Positions 30,190 through 39,636 of a DNA stretch of 64,000 nucleotides are shown piece after piece. The notes under the pieces were generated by a model, which worked only from the letters and a program-made list of their open reading frames with translations, searched no databases and had not been told where the DNA came from. This DNA comes from a virus. The stretch covers positions 50,139 through 114,138 of IMG/VR virus record IMGVR_UViG_3300035695_000001. One strand, written 5' to 3'. The number at the start of each line of letters is the position of its first letter. Within the stretch, counting starts at the first letter, position 1. The translations under genes and the position numbers were made by a program.

Positions 30190-30311
30190 TGGGTCAGGTG
30201 TCGAAGAGGACAGTCACGCGGGCGCCATGGGATGGGGGCGTCCGGTCGCTCGCGTGACCTTGACGAAGGATGCCCCCGTTTTTGGCCTGTTGCAGCGGCG
30301 GTTTGCGGCGA

Positions 30312-30740
30312 TCAGTCGCCCCTGCGACCAGCACGTTTCCCAGCCACTTTGGTGGCTTTCTTCTTTGCCTTCGGCGCTACGCGGCGCTCTTCGGCACGAT
30401 CCGCTACCGATCGCATCGAAAGCGGAATGAGGCGGCACTGGAGCCAGATGGCGAGCTTTTCGCGGACCGCAACCACGTTCCCGAACCCGTCAGCCGGGCC
30501 ATAGATGGGGCAACTCTTGTCCTTTGTCGCCAGTTCCCTGAGTTGGCGGATCGATCCAGGCCCACCGTTCTCGGCGCAGAACTTGGCGATCTCCTTCCAG
30601 CCGCTCAAAGGAGCGGGAGGTGGAGGACGTGGTTCCACCACATGGATCACCGAAGCAAGCCCACCAGATCCAGAGAACCCGGTTGGCCCTGGTACGGCAA
30701 CGAGGCCGTAGGTGACGAAGCAGCCGGCGGCCAGCATCAC
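30312..30740 (-). CDS. Putative HTH DNA-binding protein
   Basis: LSGWKEIAKF...SIRQL...PI...VVAVREKLAIWL fits an excisionase/MerR-like HTH pattern. Confidence 0.55.
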   Translation of the reverse strand: MMLAAGCFVTYGLVAVPGPTGFSGSGGLASVIHVVEPRPPPPAPLSGWKEIAKFCAENGGPGSIRQLRELATKDKSCPIYGPADGFGNVVAVREKLAIWLQCRLIPLSMRSVADRAEERRVAPKAKKKATKVAGKRAGRRGD

Positions 30741-31459
30741 CGGCCCATCACCAGCGAGACCACAGCGCGGGCCCGTGGCTGGCGCGTGGCACGATGTTGC
30801 GACGGCTCATCGACTGGGAGCCCGGCGGCGTCTCGGTAGAGCCGCACAGCCTCGGCGAGGAGGGCCGACGCCTCGTCCTTGACCCGACGGAGGGCCGACT
30901 GGCCTGGGTTCGTCGAGTCGAGGCAGAGCGAGACCACGAACCGCTCGGCAGCCGTCAGGACCAGCCTGGGGCGCTCCGACTCCTTGGTCTCCTTGCTGGC
31001 GCTCATCCGGACCGGCTTGGCGTCGAAGCAGACATCCGATTCGATCCCGGCGAGGAGCACTGACACCCCGTAAAGGCTGGGGGCCAACTTGCGGAAGACC
31101 CTGGAAGAGACCCCGCGAGCCTCCCCGTCTTCCAGGCGCCGAGCCCAGGGGATCGGACCGTGGGAAGCGTAGAGGACCAAGCCCCAGGCTGGGGAGCCAG
31201 GTGCGCGAGCGGGGAGGGCGACGAGCGCGTTCCGGATGGCCCGGCGGTGCTCCCACCCCTTCAGGCGCCGGTCCATCTTGGAGCCGTCGCCGAGCAGGCG
31301 CCGCTCCGGGTCCGTGCAGCCACCCCCGAAGCCACCCTGAGCGGCATCGACCAGCGAGGACCATGACGATGTCACCTGCGAACCATGGCCATGGCCCTCG
31401 AAGAAGTCGACGAGGTAGCCGTCAAGTACACGATCCCCAGAGTGACGCCCGACACCCAT
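30737..31459 (-). CDS. Hypothetical protein (possible late regulator)
   Basis: 240-aa ORF heading the structural operon; TG-C-TAGCCT box 6 nt before the ATG. Confidence 0.55.
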   Translation of the reverse strand: MGVGRHSGDRVLDGYLVDFFEGHGHGSQVTSSWSSLVDAAQGGFGGGCTDPERRLLGDGSKMDRRLKGWEHRRAIRNALVALPARAPGSPAWGLVLYASHGPIPWARRLEDGEARGVSSRVFRKLAPSLYGVSVLLAGIESDVCFDAKPVRMSASKETKESERPRLVLTAAERFVVSLCLDSTNPGQSALRRVKDEASALLAEAVRLYRDAAGLPVDEPSQHRATRQPRARAVVSLVMGR

Positions 31460-31468
31460 GGCAGAAGG

Positions 31469-31570
31469 CTAGCACGGGCTGTCTAGCACGGGTGCAGGAA
31501 CGCAACGATGGGCGCCCGTCGGTTGCTCAGACGCCACTGTCTAGCAGCGGCCGGTGGTGCTAGACAGTGG
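31469..31570. promoter_or_regulatory. TGCTAGAC element cluster at a divergent junction
   Basis: gtctagca at 31481; ccactgtctagca-N11-tgctagacagtgg at 31534-31570. Confidence 0.8.
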
Positions 31571-31595
31571 GGGCCCGTAGGGGCAGGAGGCACGA

Positions 31596-31841
31596 ATGGC
31601 GAAGGTCACGATCGAGCGCATGGGCGGCGACAGTTACGAGCCTGTCCACATCACGGTGAAGGTCGACGGAGTCGAGGTGGGGAACGGCGGCATCGGCGGG
31701 GAGCCCGAGGACAACTGCGAGGCCCGCGACTACCGCTGGGTCCGCCCCATGATCGAGAAGTTGGCCAAGGCGCTCGGCGCCGAGGTCGAGACGGTGGCGG
31801 TGAACGACGACGAGGACGAGGACGAGGACGAGGATGTCTGA
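31596..31841 (+). CDS. Hypothetical protein with acidic tail
   Basis: AGGAGG RBS; ends DDEDEDEDEDV. Confidence 0.7.
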   Translation: MAKVTIERMGGDSYEPVHITVKVDGVEVGNGGIGGEPEDNCEARDYRWVRPMIEKLAKALGAEVETVAVNDDEDEDEDEDV

Positions 31842-32577
31842 GCGAGTCGGGCGCGTGGCGATGACCGCCGCAGAATTGCGGGGGGCCGTGTTCACGATCG
31901 CGGAAGGGATGGCCGGCCTGAGCGTCGGCCAAGCCACCACGGTGCGAGCGCTGACCCACCGCCTTATCGGCGAGGTCTGGCGACTCAGGGCCAAGATCCG
32001 CTACCAGACCCGGCGCATCTGGGACCTGGAGGAGGGCGCCAAGGAACTGGGGGCTCCCGCGTTCCCGAAGGAGATCCAGCACCTCCGGGAGCAGGTGACC
32101 AGCCTGCAAGCCAAGGGGACCGAACTGCTGGAGCGGGCACGGAGGGCGGAGGATCACTTCGGCGAGGTCGATGCGATCCTCGCCGAAGCCTTCCAGGCTG
32201 GCGGCTGGGCTAGAGGCGCAGCGGTGAGCCTCCCCGGTCTCATCAAGGGGCTGCGCGAGGGGCTGGAGGTCGCGCAGATGGCGAACAGCCAGCCAACGGT
32301 CAGCCCGCCGGATCGAGGCAACACTGATGCGTGGGAGACGCCGTGGCCGTCCATGGAGAAGGCGGTCATCCCGAGGACCACGGACGAGATCCAAGCCTGG
32401 CTCGCCGTCCACGCGATCGAGGAGTACCGTGGCGAGGTGGTCAAGTTCTGTGAGCAGAAGGCGATGTCCGCCCAGAGCGAGGGGCTCTGCCACCCAGACG
32501 TCCTCCGATCGATGTACTGCGATGGCCAGGCTTCGGCCTTCAAGGCGCTCGCCGCCATCCTCCGGGGTGCGAAGTGA
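31834..32577 (+). CDS. Hypothetical coiled-coil protein
   Basis: Overlapping, coupled ORF with GC3-rich codons. Confidence 0.65.
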   Translation: MSERVGRVAMTAAELRGAVFTIAEGMAGLSVGQATTVRALTHRLIGEVWRLRAKIRYQTRRIWDLEEGAKELGAPAFPKEIQHLREQVTSLQAKGTELLERARRAEDHFGEVDAILAEAFQAGGWARGAAVSLPGLIKGLREGLEVAQMANSQPTVSPPDRGNTDAWETPWPSMEKAVIPRTTDEIQAWLAVHAIEEYRGEVVKFCEQKAMSAQSEGLCHPDVLRSMYCDGQASAFKALAAILRGAK

Positions 32578-33308
32578 GCGCCGGGAACGTCGGCAAGGTG
32601 GTGACCTACACTTGCTCTTCCAAAGCCGACGGGGGCCAGCGGACCGTGAAGATCCTGGCCTGGGTCAAGGCAGGGGATTCGATGGACGCCACCCGTCAGT
32701 ACCTCCTGGTCCCGAAACGGCAGGATGGTGGCCCTGACTGCGCGGACACCTCGCAGTTCCACCGCTACCTCGTCCAGGAGGATCGCCGGACCCCCGCTGG
32801 CCGGGTCCTCAAGACGAAGTGGTACGCCCCGATCGCCAGCGTCATCGACTCGGCGCTGCGGTCGTCCGTGGGGGCAGCCGTGGAGCCGAAGGTCGCCGAG
32901 ATGCCTCCCGAGCCCAAAACCCGCACGGGCACGGTCGACGTGGAGAAGATCGAGGCCAACGCCACCAGCATCATCCTCTGGCTGAAGAACGCCGCAGCGG
33001 TGGCGCCGGCCATCCCTGGCGGGACGGATGGGTGCCTGCGGACCGCTGGCTTCATCCAGACGCTGCTCTCGACGATCCGGCACCTCAAGGACCGAGAGGA
33101 GAGCATCATCGCCGCCTGCGATAAGGTGGCGGACGGGGGCCAGTACAGGGCCGACATCGTCTCGGCCATCTCCGGCATGCGGAAGGAGCGGGACCAGTTG
33201 CGGCTGGCCCATACGGAGGCGGTGGGTCTGCTCAAGGAACTGCGCGGCGACGTCTCCGACGAGTCGTTCCTGGCCAGGATGGACGCCGTCATCGGGAACG
33301 CACCATGA
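32574..33308 (+). CDS. Hypothetical protein
   Basis: GTGA-coupled ORF. Confidence 0.65.
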   Translation: MSAGNVGKVVTYTCSSKADGGQRTVKILAWVKAGDSMDATRQYLLVPKRQDGGPDCADTSQFHRYLVQEDRRTPAGRVLKTKWYAPIASVIDSALRSSVGAAVEPKVAEMPPEPKTRTGTVDVEKIEANATSIILWLKNAAAVAPAIPGGTDGCLRTAGFIQTLLSTIRHLKDREESIIAACDKVADGGQYRADIVSAISGMRKERDQLRLAHTEAVGLLKELRGDVSDESFLARMDAVIGNAP

Positions 33309-33739
33309 GCAAGCGCATCGACGTGGTCTCCGCGGTCCTCCTCAACCAGGAGGGCCGGATCCTCCTGACCCAGCGCCGGCCCGGCAAGCCCTACCCATTC
33401 ATGTGGGAGTCGCCAGGGGGCAAGGTGGAGGCCGGGGAAAGCGACCGCGGAGCCCTCACCCGAGAACTGAGGCAGGAGATCGGGATCCTGCTCTACGACA
33501 TGGACCCGCAACCCATCTGGGAGGGTGAGCCGGCCCCTGGCATCTTCCTCCGGTTCTACTCGGGGATCCTCTTCGCTGGGGAGCCGAAGCCGAAGGAGGG
33601 GCAGGGGATCGGCTGGTTCCTCCAGCGCGAGGTCTCTGCCATGGCAGCGATGGCCGACTCGCTCACCCCAGGAAACAAGGCGGCCATGGTGGCGATCTCC
33701 GCCTGCATGCGGGCGGCTATGCCGCGGGAGGACTGGTGA
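33305..33739 (+). CDS. NUDIX hydrolase (MutT-like)
   Basis: WESPGGKVEAGESDRGALTRELRQEIG Nudix box. Confidence 0.92.
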   Translation: MSKRIDVVSAVLLNQEGRILLTQRRPGKPYPFMWESPGGKVEAGESDRGALTRELRQEIGILLYDMDPQPIWEGEPAPGIFLRFYSGILFAGEPKPKEGQGIGWFLQREVSAMAAMADSLTPGNKAAMVAISACMRAAMPREDW

Positions 33740-34263
33740 TGGCCGACAGGATCCTCGTCACCGGCTCGCGCGACTGGCCTGGGACCTTGGATGACATCGC
33801 CAGGCACCTGCCCGACCACTGCGACCCGAAGGTCGGCGAGGTGGTCATCATCCACGGGGCCTGCGCTCGGTGGCGTCTCCCAGACGGCCGCGTCGTCACC
33901 TATCCTGGTCCAGGCGGCGTGCAGTGCTCGGTCGACATGCTGGCCGACTTCGCTGCCCGAGGGCTCGGCTTCAAGGTCGAGCAGTACCCCGCCAACTGGG
34001 ATCGGGATGGGAAGGCCGCCGGCAACATCAGGAACGGGCGCATGCTCCGAGAGAGCCACCCGAACCGGGGACTAGCCTTCGGCGCCATCTGGAAGCGGGA
34101 CCCGCGCCGCACCTCGGGGGCCTTCAAGGGGTGGTCTCTACGAGGCACGGGGGACTGCGTCCAGCGCCTGCTCCGAGCCCGGCTGCCGGTCCGCTGGGTG
34201 GCCAGCCCCGAGGCCGACGCCGTCGACCTGCGCCAGCTCCCTCCTCCGCCAGTGGCCGGCTGA
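33736..34263 (+). CDS. SLOG-family protein (DUF2493/YspA-like)
   Basis: RILVTGSRDW...IIHGA...YPANWDRDGKAAGNIRNGRML...LAF...GT. Confidence 0.88.
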   Translation: MMADRILVTGSRDWPGTLDDIARHLPDHCDPKVGEVVIIHGACARWRLPDGRVVTYPGPGGVQCSVDMLADFAARGLGFKVEQYPANWDRDGKAAGNIRNGRMLRESHPNRGLAFGAIWKRDPRRTSGAFKGWSLRGTGDCVQRLLRARLPVRWVASPEADAVDLRQLPPPPVAG

Positions 34264-34607
34264 GCCCGGGGAGACCCGGGCCCGATGCCCTACAGCGTCG
34301 CGGCGAAGACTTCCGCGTCCGGAGAGAGAGCCTCTGCCCCGGGGTAGTCCCTGTCGAGCGCATCGGACGGCCGCGGAACCAGATCCACAGCACCGTCGAT
34401 CGCATCCGCAACGGGCCGGTACTCCGGCCCCATCGCCCGGAGCGGGGCGAGCGTCGAGTCAGACGTGCGGGTAGTCGGGGAACTGAACGGCGCGCGGTCG
34501 GTCCTGAACCTCGACGCGCGAGACAACAGCGACGCCGGGCGCGTACCCGCCCAAACGCTCGATCCGGAGCGAAGGCCGGGCGGGGCATCACAGGGGCGAG
34601 CGTTGCT

Positions 34608-34805
34608 TCAGTCGAACGAGAATGAGACCCATTCGGCGGGAACGTCGACGGTTTCGGTCCGGTAGGGATTCAGAGAACCGAACACAACGCGGTCCGCCGT
34701 CGTCGACACGAGCCGAACCTCGAACGGCTCCGAAGGAAGACCCGTTTGCCGGGCGTAGTCAGCGGGGATCGTCACGAAGCATCGAGCTTGCCGGGGGGTA
34801 TTCAT
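34608..34805 (-). CDS. Small hypothetical protein
   Basis: 65-aa beta-rich ORF with ATG start. Confidence 0.5.
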   Translation of the reverse strand: MNTPRQARCFVTIPADYARQTGLPSEPFEVRLVSTTADRVVFGSLNPYRTETVDVPAEWVSFSFD

Positions 34806-34877
34806 AACGCCCGAAGCCCCGGCTACCCTCCCCGGATAGGGGGGGCGGCTCGGGGCCGTTGCAGGGGCGAGGGGAGG

Positions 34878-35249
34878 CTACGCCGCGGTACCCTCGATGA
34901 GCTTCCCGGGGACCACGTAGCCCCGGGAGACGAGGTCAGCGTAGATCCGGCGCGCCTCCGGGGCGGGCACGAGGCGCACGTAGCCCGTCCGGGAGTAGGT
35001 CACCCGGCAGACGGGCGAGCCAACCTCGCCGGAGAACGTCACGTAGAAGCGCCCGTAGGAGAGGATATGAACCTCGACGGGCCGGGGGGCAACCACGGGG
35101 GGAGGGGACGCGGGCGCCTTCCGGACGCGGCGTTGACTCGCCGGAGGGGCGGGGATCTCGCACTGCGCGGGGCAGTGCGGATCGACGGGCGGAAGGGGAC
35201 GCGCCTTGACGGCGCGGGGTGAAGCCTTGCGGGTCGGGGTAGTTTTCAT
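34878..35249 (-). CDS. Hypothetical protein
   Basis: Start re-called at MKTTPTRK, which mirrors the start context of the divergent gene. Confidence 0.55.
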   Translation of the reverse strand: MKTTPTRKASPRAVKARPLPPVDPHCPAQCEIPAPPASQRRVRKAPASPPPVVAPRPVEVHILSYGRFYVTFSGEVGSPVCRVTYSRTGYVRLVPAPEARRIYADLVSRGYVVPGKLIEGTAA

Positions 35250-35574
35250 GCCGGATCCGTAGTGCAGAGGACATGCCAGGGGACGATAACGCGGAGCGTC
35301 GCCTAGAAACACAGGGGATCCGCAAGAAGAGGGGCAGAGGAGCAGGGGATAGGGGCCCGGCGGGTTGCAGGGGAGAGGGGGCACCATGACAGCAATGTCG
35401 CGCGGAAAGCCCGCAGAATCAGGGGGTATGATCCGCCAGTCATAGCGAAAACGCGGGAGATCCGATTACACCATGACAGCGATGTCATGCCACCGGGCGC
35501 GCTATCCGCGTCAAGGGCGGGAATCAGCGGGATCCGGGGGCGGCACGGGCCGTGCATTCCGGATCAGGCATGAA
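35245..35574. promoter_or_regulatory. Divergent control region with mirrored start contexts and duplicated operator-like site
   Basis: TGCACTACGGATCCGGCATGAA (minus, 35266-35245) vs TGCATTCCGGATCAGGCATGAA (plus, 35553-35574); CACCATGACAGC(A/G)ATGTC at 35382 and 35469. Confidence 0.65.
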
Positions 35575-35770
35575 GACATTCCAGGTGTCCGTTACCGACC
35601 AGCGCGGCAAGTACGTAGCCCGCAACTACACTGTCAGCGCCAATGATGCGATGACGGCGGAATTCGACGCTGTCGACAAGTTTATCGCCGATAACGGGCA
35701 TCCCCCGTACGTGCCCGGCAAGAGCAGGGCCAGCACGTACTACAGCCGGTTTTTCGCCTCTGCCAAGTGA
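35570..35770 (+). CDS. Small hypothetical protein
   Basis: MKTFQVSVTD..., 66 aa. Confidence 0.65.
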   Translation: MKTFQVSVTDQRGKYVARNYTVSANDAMTAEFDAVDKFIADNGHPPYVPGKSRASTYYSRFFASAK

Positions 35771-35829
35771 CCGCCTCTCCCGGGAGTCCCGCCCCTCACC
35801 CCAAACCCGGGGCAGGGGCTTCCGGCGTT

Positions 35830-36207
35830 GTGAAGAACCTCATCGCCTACATCGTCCGCCCGGCCCCTACTCCCACGACGGGCAACCGTCGCCTCGTTCT
35901 CTGCCCGACGCACCGAGACGAGGTCATCGCCTCAGCCGAGGAGACGGGGGCGTACCTCGGGCGCGCCAAGCGCCATGCGGCGACGGGCGAGACGTGCGCG
36001 CACTGCGCGGGACAGCCGGTCAAGGGGAAGGCCACGCGCGCCCAACGTACGCCCCGAATCTGCCCCGCCATCCGTCGCGCGTTCAAGGCGGCCCCGTCTC
36101 GCCCGCTTAGCTGTCGCTTGCGCAAGCTCACGTCCGGCAAGGTCGGTCCGGGGACGGGCCGCTCCGGGCACGGATGCCGAGACGGGTACGACAAAGGCCA
36201 CGGCTAG
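35830..36207 (+). CDS. Hypothetical protein with CxxH/CxxC motifs
   Basis: LCPTH...CAHC; GTG start after a hairpin. Confidence 0.45.
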   Translation: MKNLIAYIVRPAPTPTTGNRRLVLCPTHRDEVIASAEETGAYLGRAKRHAATGETCAHCAGQPVKGKATRAQRTPRICPAIRRAFKAAPSRPLSCRLRKLTSGKVGPGTGRSGHGCRDGYDKGHG

Positions 36208-36278
36208 CCCCAGCGTCGCACCGATACCGGCCCCGCCTCTCTTCGGAGACAGCGGGGCTTCGGTGCTAGGAGGTTCCC

Positions 36279-36623
36279 ATGTCAGCGATGCTCACGTTCC
36301 ATGTAGCCTTTACCCTCGACGGGGACACCGTCCGCACGCTCAAGCGCGGCACCAGCGCAGCAGACGTCAAGCGGCGCCTCCGGGCAGATTGTAAGGACGT
36401 CCGGGCGATCATCGTCATCGGCAAGGGGACGCCAGATCCTGCTCCGCGACCGACGATCGCGACGTGCGACGGATGCACCAAGGAACGGCGCGACGTCAAG
36501 GCGTGCGGCGAGATCGGGCTATGCTTCCTCTGTCGCAAGGAAGGCGAGCGGGGACGCCAGTACGATCGGAAGATCGGCCGCTACGTCCACCCCGAGCCGC
36601 CCCCGTACTACCTCGACATCTAG
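36279..36623 (+). CDS. Hypothetical Zn-finger protein
   Basis: GGAGG RBS; CDGC...CFLC. Confidence 0.7.
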   Translation: MSAMLTFHVAFTLDGDTVRTLKRGTSAADVKRRLRADCKDVRAIIVIGKGTPDPAPRPTIATCDGCTKERRDVKACGEIGLCFLCRKEGERGRQYDRKIGRYVHPEPPPYYLDI

Positions 36624-36645
36624 CCCCAGCACCGACAGCGGACCA

Positions 36646-36684
36646 GAAGCCCGGCCCCCGAGATGGTGCGCCGGGCTTCGTCGT
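36646..36684 (+). terminator. Putative intrinsic terminator between convergent genes
   Basis: gaagcccggc...gccgggcttc stem lying between the 36623 stop and the TerL stop. Confidence 0.55.
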
Positions 36685-36699
36685 TCCATGGCCCTGCCG

Positions 36700-38655
36700 T
36701 CAGGCAGGGGGCATCGCGCCGGTGCTCCGGTAGACTGGCGCCGGCATCGCTCGGCTCAGCACCGCCCAGGCGATGGCAGCGGTGAGCACGAGGTCGTCGT
36801 TGCTCCCGTTCTTCGCCCTGGCCTTGCCCCAGGCGTCAACCACGAAGGTCCGGAACTCCTCCAGCACCTTGACGTCTGGGGTCCGCCAGTTCCCGACGCG
36901 GTGGTCCTGCTCCAAGCCTGAGAGCGCGGCCTCTCGGCTGGGGCCGGTGGTGACCCACCCCTTCTTCCCGTCGGCGTCGGCCCAGATGTTTGGCCAACCG
37001 ACCCAGTCGGCCCGCGCCCACTCGATCAGGCGCTTGGCGAAGGCTGGCGCGACCCTGGCGATCTCCCGCAGGTCTTGCGACGCTTCGACGTCGCACAGCC
37101 TGGCCTCTATGCAAGCACGGTCGCCGACCACGTCAGCGATCATCTTCGGCCTGGCCATCTCGTCGATGGTGGAGATCCCGGTGTTGTTTTTCTCGATGGC
37201 GATCCAGGCGTTGCCGTACCGGATGGCCAAGGCGACAGCGAGCCGGCCCAGTTCCTTCGGCTTCACTTGTCCATGCAGCGTGGCTACGTGCCTTGGGCGC
37301 GCCCCCCGGGTCCACACCTGCAAGGCGGCCGGGTCGCCACCCTCGCCGCCGCTGGTGTCACCCGCGACGAGGTAGCTCTCCTGCTTGTCGTAGTCCTCGA
37401 AGATCCGGAGCCCGTAGGAGGCGCCGGCCCTGCGAACCTGAATCACCTTCGGAGGCTTGGCCTTCTCCTTCGCGGTCGCCTCGCCGATGAGGTGCTCTGT
37501 GACCTCCTTGGCGAAGTAGCCGGTGCCCGACGCGATGAAGCATGTGATCGGGTCGGTGGGCATCTCCTTGTCGACGCGCATCTGCCCCTTGGCGCGGACC
37601 TGGGCCCGGTACCACTTGAGAAACTCCATCGCGATCGTCGTGATGGACTTGGTCCCGCGTTCGATGAGACTCAGCATCGTTTCCTCCTTGGAAAGGTGTT
37701 CATGGAGCAGGGCCCAGCACTGCTCCTCGCGGACGCGGCGCTCGTCGATGGGCTGCTGGTCGGGCGTGACCGTCTCGCCTTCGTCGAGCGGCAGGCGCCG
37801 GTTTGGCAACTCGAACCACGCGAAGAAGTGCGGCGTGAACTCGTCCCCCTCGGCGGACGTGGCCCGCTTCCACATGCGGTGGAAGTAGGCCCCACCACGC
37901 GGGTCGTCGTCGCTCGTGCTGACCCCGTTGGGAGTCGACTCGATCGTGACCTCGGTCCCAGGTGCCGGCGCGGTGACCGAGTTGAGCACGCTGTCCATGG
38001 TGGCCGCAGCGACCTCCCAGAAGGCGATCTCGGTGCAGTGCAGCCGGTGCGTGGTGCCACCGCGGCCCTTCTTGTCGGCGGTGTGCTCGCTGGCGCCGGC
38101 CTCCAGAACCTCCAGCACTCCGCCGCCAACCGTCGAGGAGAGCGCCCACCGCCCCTTGCCCCCGGCCTTGGCTTGGAGCGGGATGTCGAGCCCCTTGTCG
38201 ACCAGGCTCTTGAGCATGAGGTCGATCGTTCTGGCGAAGTCCTTCTGCATCCCGTGCTCGCTCTCCGTCTGCACGATGACGCGGACGTTGGCCCCTGGGT
38301 GCATGAGCCAATACCAAATGTCGCGGCCGATCTCGACGGTCGACATGCCCAGCTTTCTGGCCTTCAAAACTTGGTCCCTACCCGTGCGGGCAGCGTCGAA
38401 GTCTCGCTGGAGCTGCGTGAGCACGAAGGGGACCGGCCGGCCCGCCATCTCGCCTGGCTTCTCGCCTGCCTCGGCTGCTGGCACGCTCAGGTGCCCGCAG
38501 AACCCGACGAAGTCCCCAGCGTACTTCTCCCTCAGCGCGGCGAGGGTGGAGAGCGGCTTGCTGTCCCAGTTCTCCAGCAGGGACAGGGTCAGGTGGACGA
38601 GGTCGTCCAGACTCTTGGGGCCTCTGGGCTGAGGGCGGGCAGCAGCGCGGGGCAT
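36700..38655 (-). CDS. terL: Terminase large subunit
   Basis: VLKARKLGMST (Walker A), LHCTEIAFW (Walker B), IESTPNG (coupling motif); nuclease motifs GDTSGGEGGD, IEKNNTG, NDDLVLTAAIA. Confidence 0.95.
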   Translation of the reverse strand: MPRAAARPQPRGPKSLDDLVHLTLSLLENWDSKPLSTLAALREKYAGDFVGFCGHLSVPAAEAGEKPGEMAGRPVPFVLTQLQRDFDAARTGRDQVLKARKLGMSTVEIGRDIWYWLMHPGANVRVIVQTESEHGMQKDFARTIDLMLKSLVDKGLDIPLQAKAGGKGRWALSSTVGGGVLEVLEAGASEHTADKKGRGGTTHRLHCTEIAFWEVAAATMDSVLNSVTAPAPGTEVTIESTPNGVSTSDDDPRGGAYFHRMWKRATSAEGDEFTPHFFAWFELPNRRLPLDEGETVTPDQQPIDERRVREEQCWALLHEHLSKEETMLSLIERGTKSITTIAMEFLKWYRAQVRAKGQMRVDKEMPTDPITCFIASGTGYFAKEVTEHLIGEATAKEKAKPPKVIQVRRAGASYGLRIFEDYDKQESYLVAGDTSGGEGGDPAALQVWTRGARPRHVATLHGQVKPKELGRLAVALAIRYGNAWIAIEKNNTGISTIDEMARPKMIADVVGDRACIEARLCDVEASQDLREIARVAPAFAKRLIEWARADWVGWPNIWADADGKKGWVTTGPSREAALSGLEQDHRVGNWRTPDVKVLEEFRTFVVDAWGKARAKNGSNDDLVLTAAIAWAVLSRAMPAPVYRSTGAMPPA

Positions 38656-38658
38656 GGG

Positions 38659-38973
38659 TCAGCCGCCGATCTCCGTAACCGTGACGTCTTCGATCCACCC
38701 AGGCTGTGGGTTGAACGGAGCGGTGATGCAGACACGCATCGTGGCGAAGTCGATGTGGGCCTCGACGCCCTGGTCAGGCCAGGCGTTGGCCACCTCGACG
38801 GCGAGTCGGCTGGGCGTCAGCGTGTCGGCCTCGGGCTCACGCTCACCAGGCGCAGGGTCTGGCGCGTAGCGCTTGTATTTCGACAGGAAGACGTGAGCCT
38901 CGCCACGCATCCGCTCGAAGTGGCCTTGCGCGGCAAGGGTGTGCATCAGCGCTGCCTGTGCCACGGGCCTCAC
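38659..38973 (-). CDS. Hypothetical protein
   Basis: GTGA-coupled ORF immediately upstream of terL. Confidence 0.5.
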   Translation of the reverse strand: MRPVAQAALMHTLAAQGHFERMRGEAHVFLSKYKRYAPDPAPGEREPEADTLTPSRLAVEVANAWPDQGVEAHIDFATMRVCITAPFNPQPGWIEDVTVTEIGG

Positions 38974-39611
38974 GTCGCCTCCTCCGCCTTCGGCGCCTCG
39001 ATGACGATGGCCGGCGCCCACCCGAAGTGGCAGGTCCGCCAGTCGGGCCCGTAGGCTTCCGCGGCGGCCATGGCGTAGCCGTCCAGGTAGTCGCGGCGCT
39101 GGTCCTCGGGAACGTACTCGGGCGCGACCAGGGCCGTGGCGCGGGCAGCGAGCCCACCCGCCGAACCGAAGGGGTTGTGCTCACAGGCGTCGAGCGCGCA
39201 GTTGGTGGCGCCCCAGTTGTACGGCTCGGGGGGAGGGTCCTGCCAGGTGACCTTGGTCTTGCCGCCATGGCCGTGGATGCAGACCACCTCGGCCATGCTG
39301 TCGTAGATGGCGACCGACGAGTGCTTGGTCAGCCAGGACAGTGCGACCCTGCCGTTGGAGAAGCGGATCCCCTCGGCGACCCGGCCGGTACCTGAGACCC
39401 CGCTCTCGTCGTCGGAGCGGTCGAGCCAGAACCGGATCGTGGTGGGGGCGCTCTGGGTGGCGACTTCGAGGAAGCGCTCCGCGGCCTGCTTCTCGCCCGC
39501 GTCCTGGATCTTGAACTCGTAGACGATCTCTCGCGGCCGGATCTGATCGCGCGGGTTGGCTGGCTCGACTGGGGGCGGCGGAATGGTGCTGGGAGGGTGG
39601 GGGGCGTCCAT
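38970..39611 (-). CDS. Phage hypothetical protein
   Basis: Contains DESGVSGTGRVAEGIRFSNGRVALSW...IHGHGG, a motif I recall from many phages. TGCTAGACT lies 7 nt before the ATG. Confidence 0.7.
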   Translation of the reverse strand: MDAPHPPSTIPPPPVEPANPRDQIRPREIVYEFKIQDAGEKQAAERFLEVATQSAPTTIRFWLDRSDDESGVSGTGRVAEGIRFSNGRVALSWLTKHSSVAIYDSMAEVVCIHGHGGKTKVTWQDPPPEPYNWGATNCALDACEHNPFGSAGGLAARATALVAPEYVPEDQRRDYLDGYAMAAAEAYGPDWRTCHFGWAPAIVIEAPKAEEAT

Positions 39612-39636
39612 GCGCCAGAGTCTAGCACCTCGGTGT

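Noticed and set aside
34290-34591. Gene in 34290-34591 (minus strand)
   Set aside because: Overlapping candidate frames with no clear start or motif; could not choose one with support.
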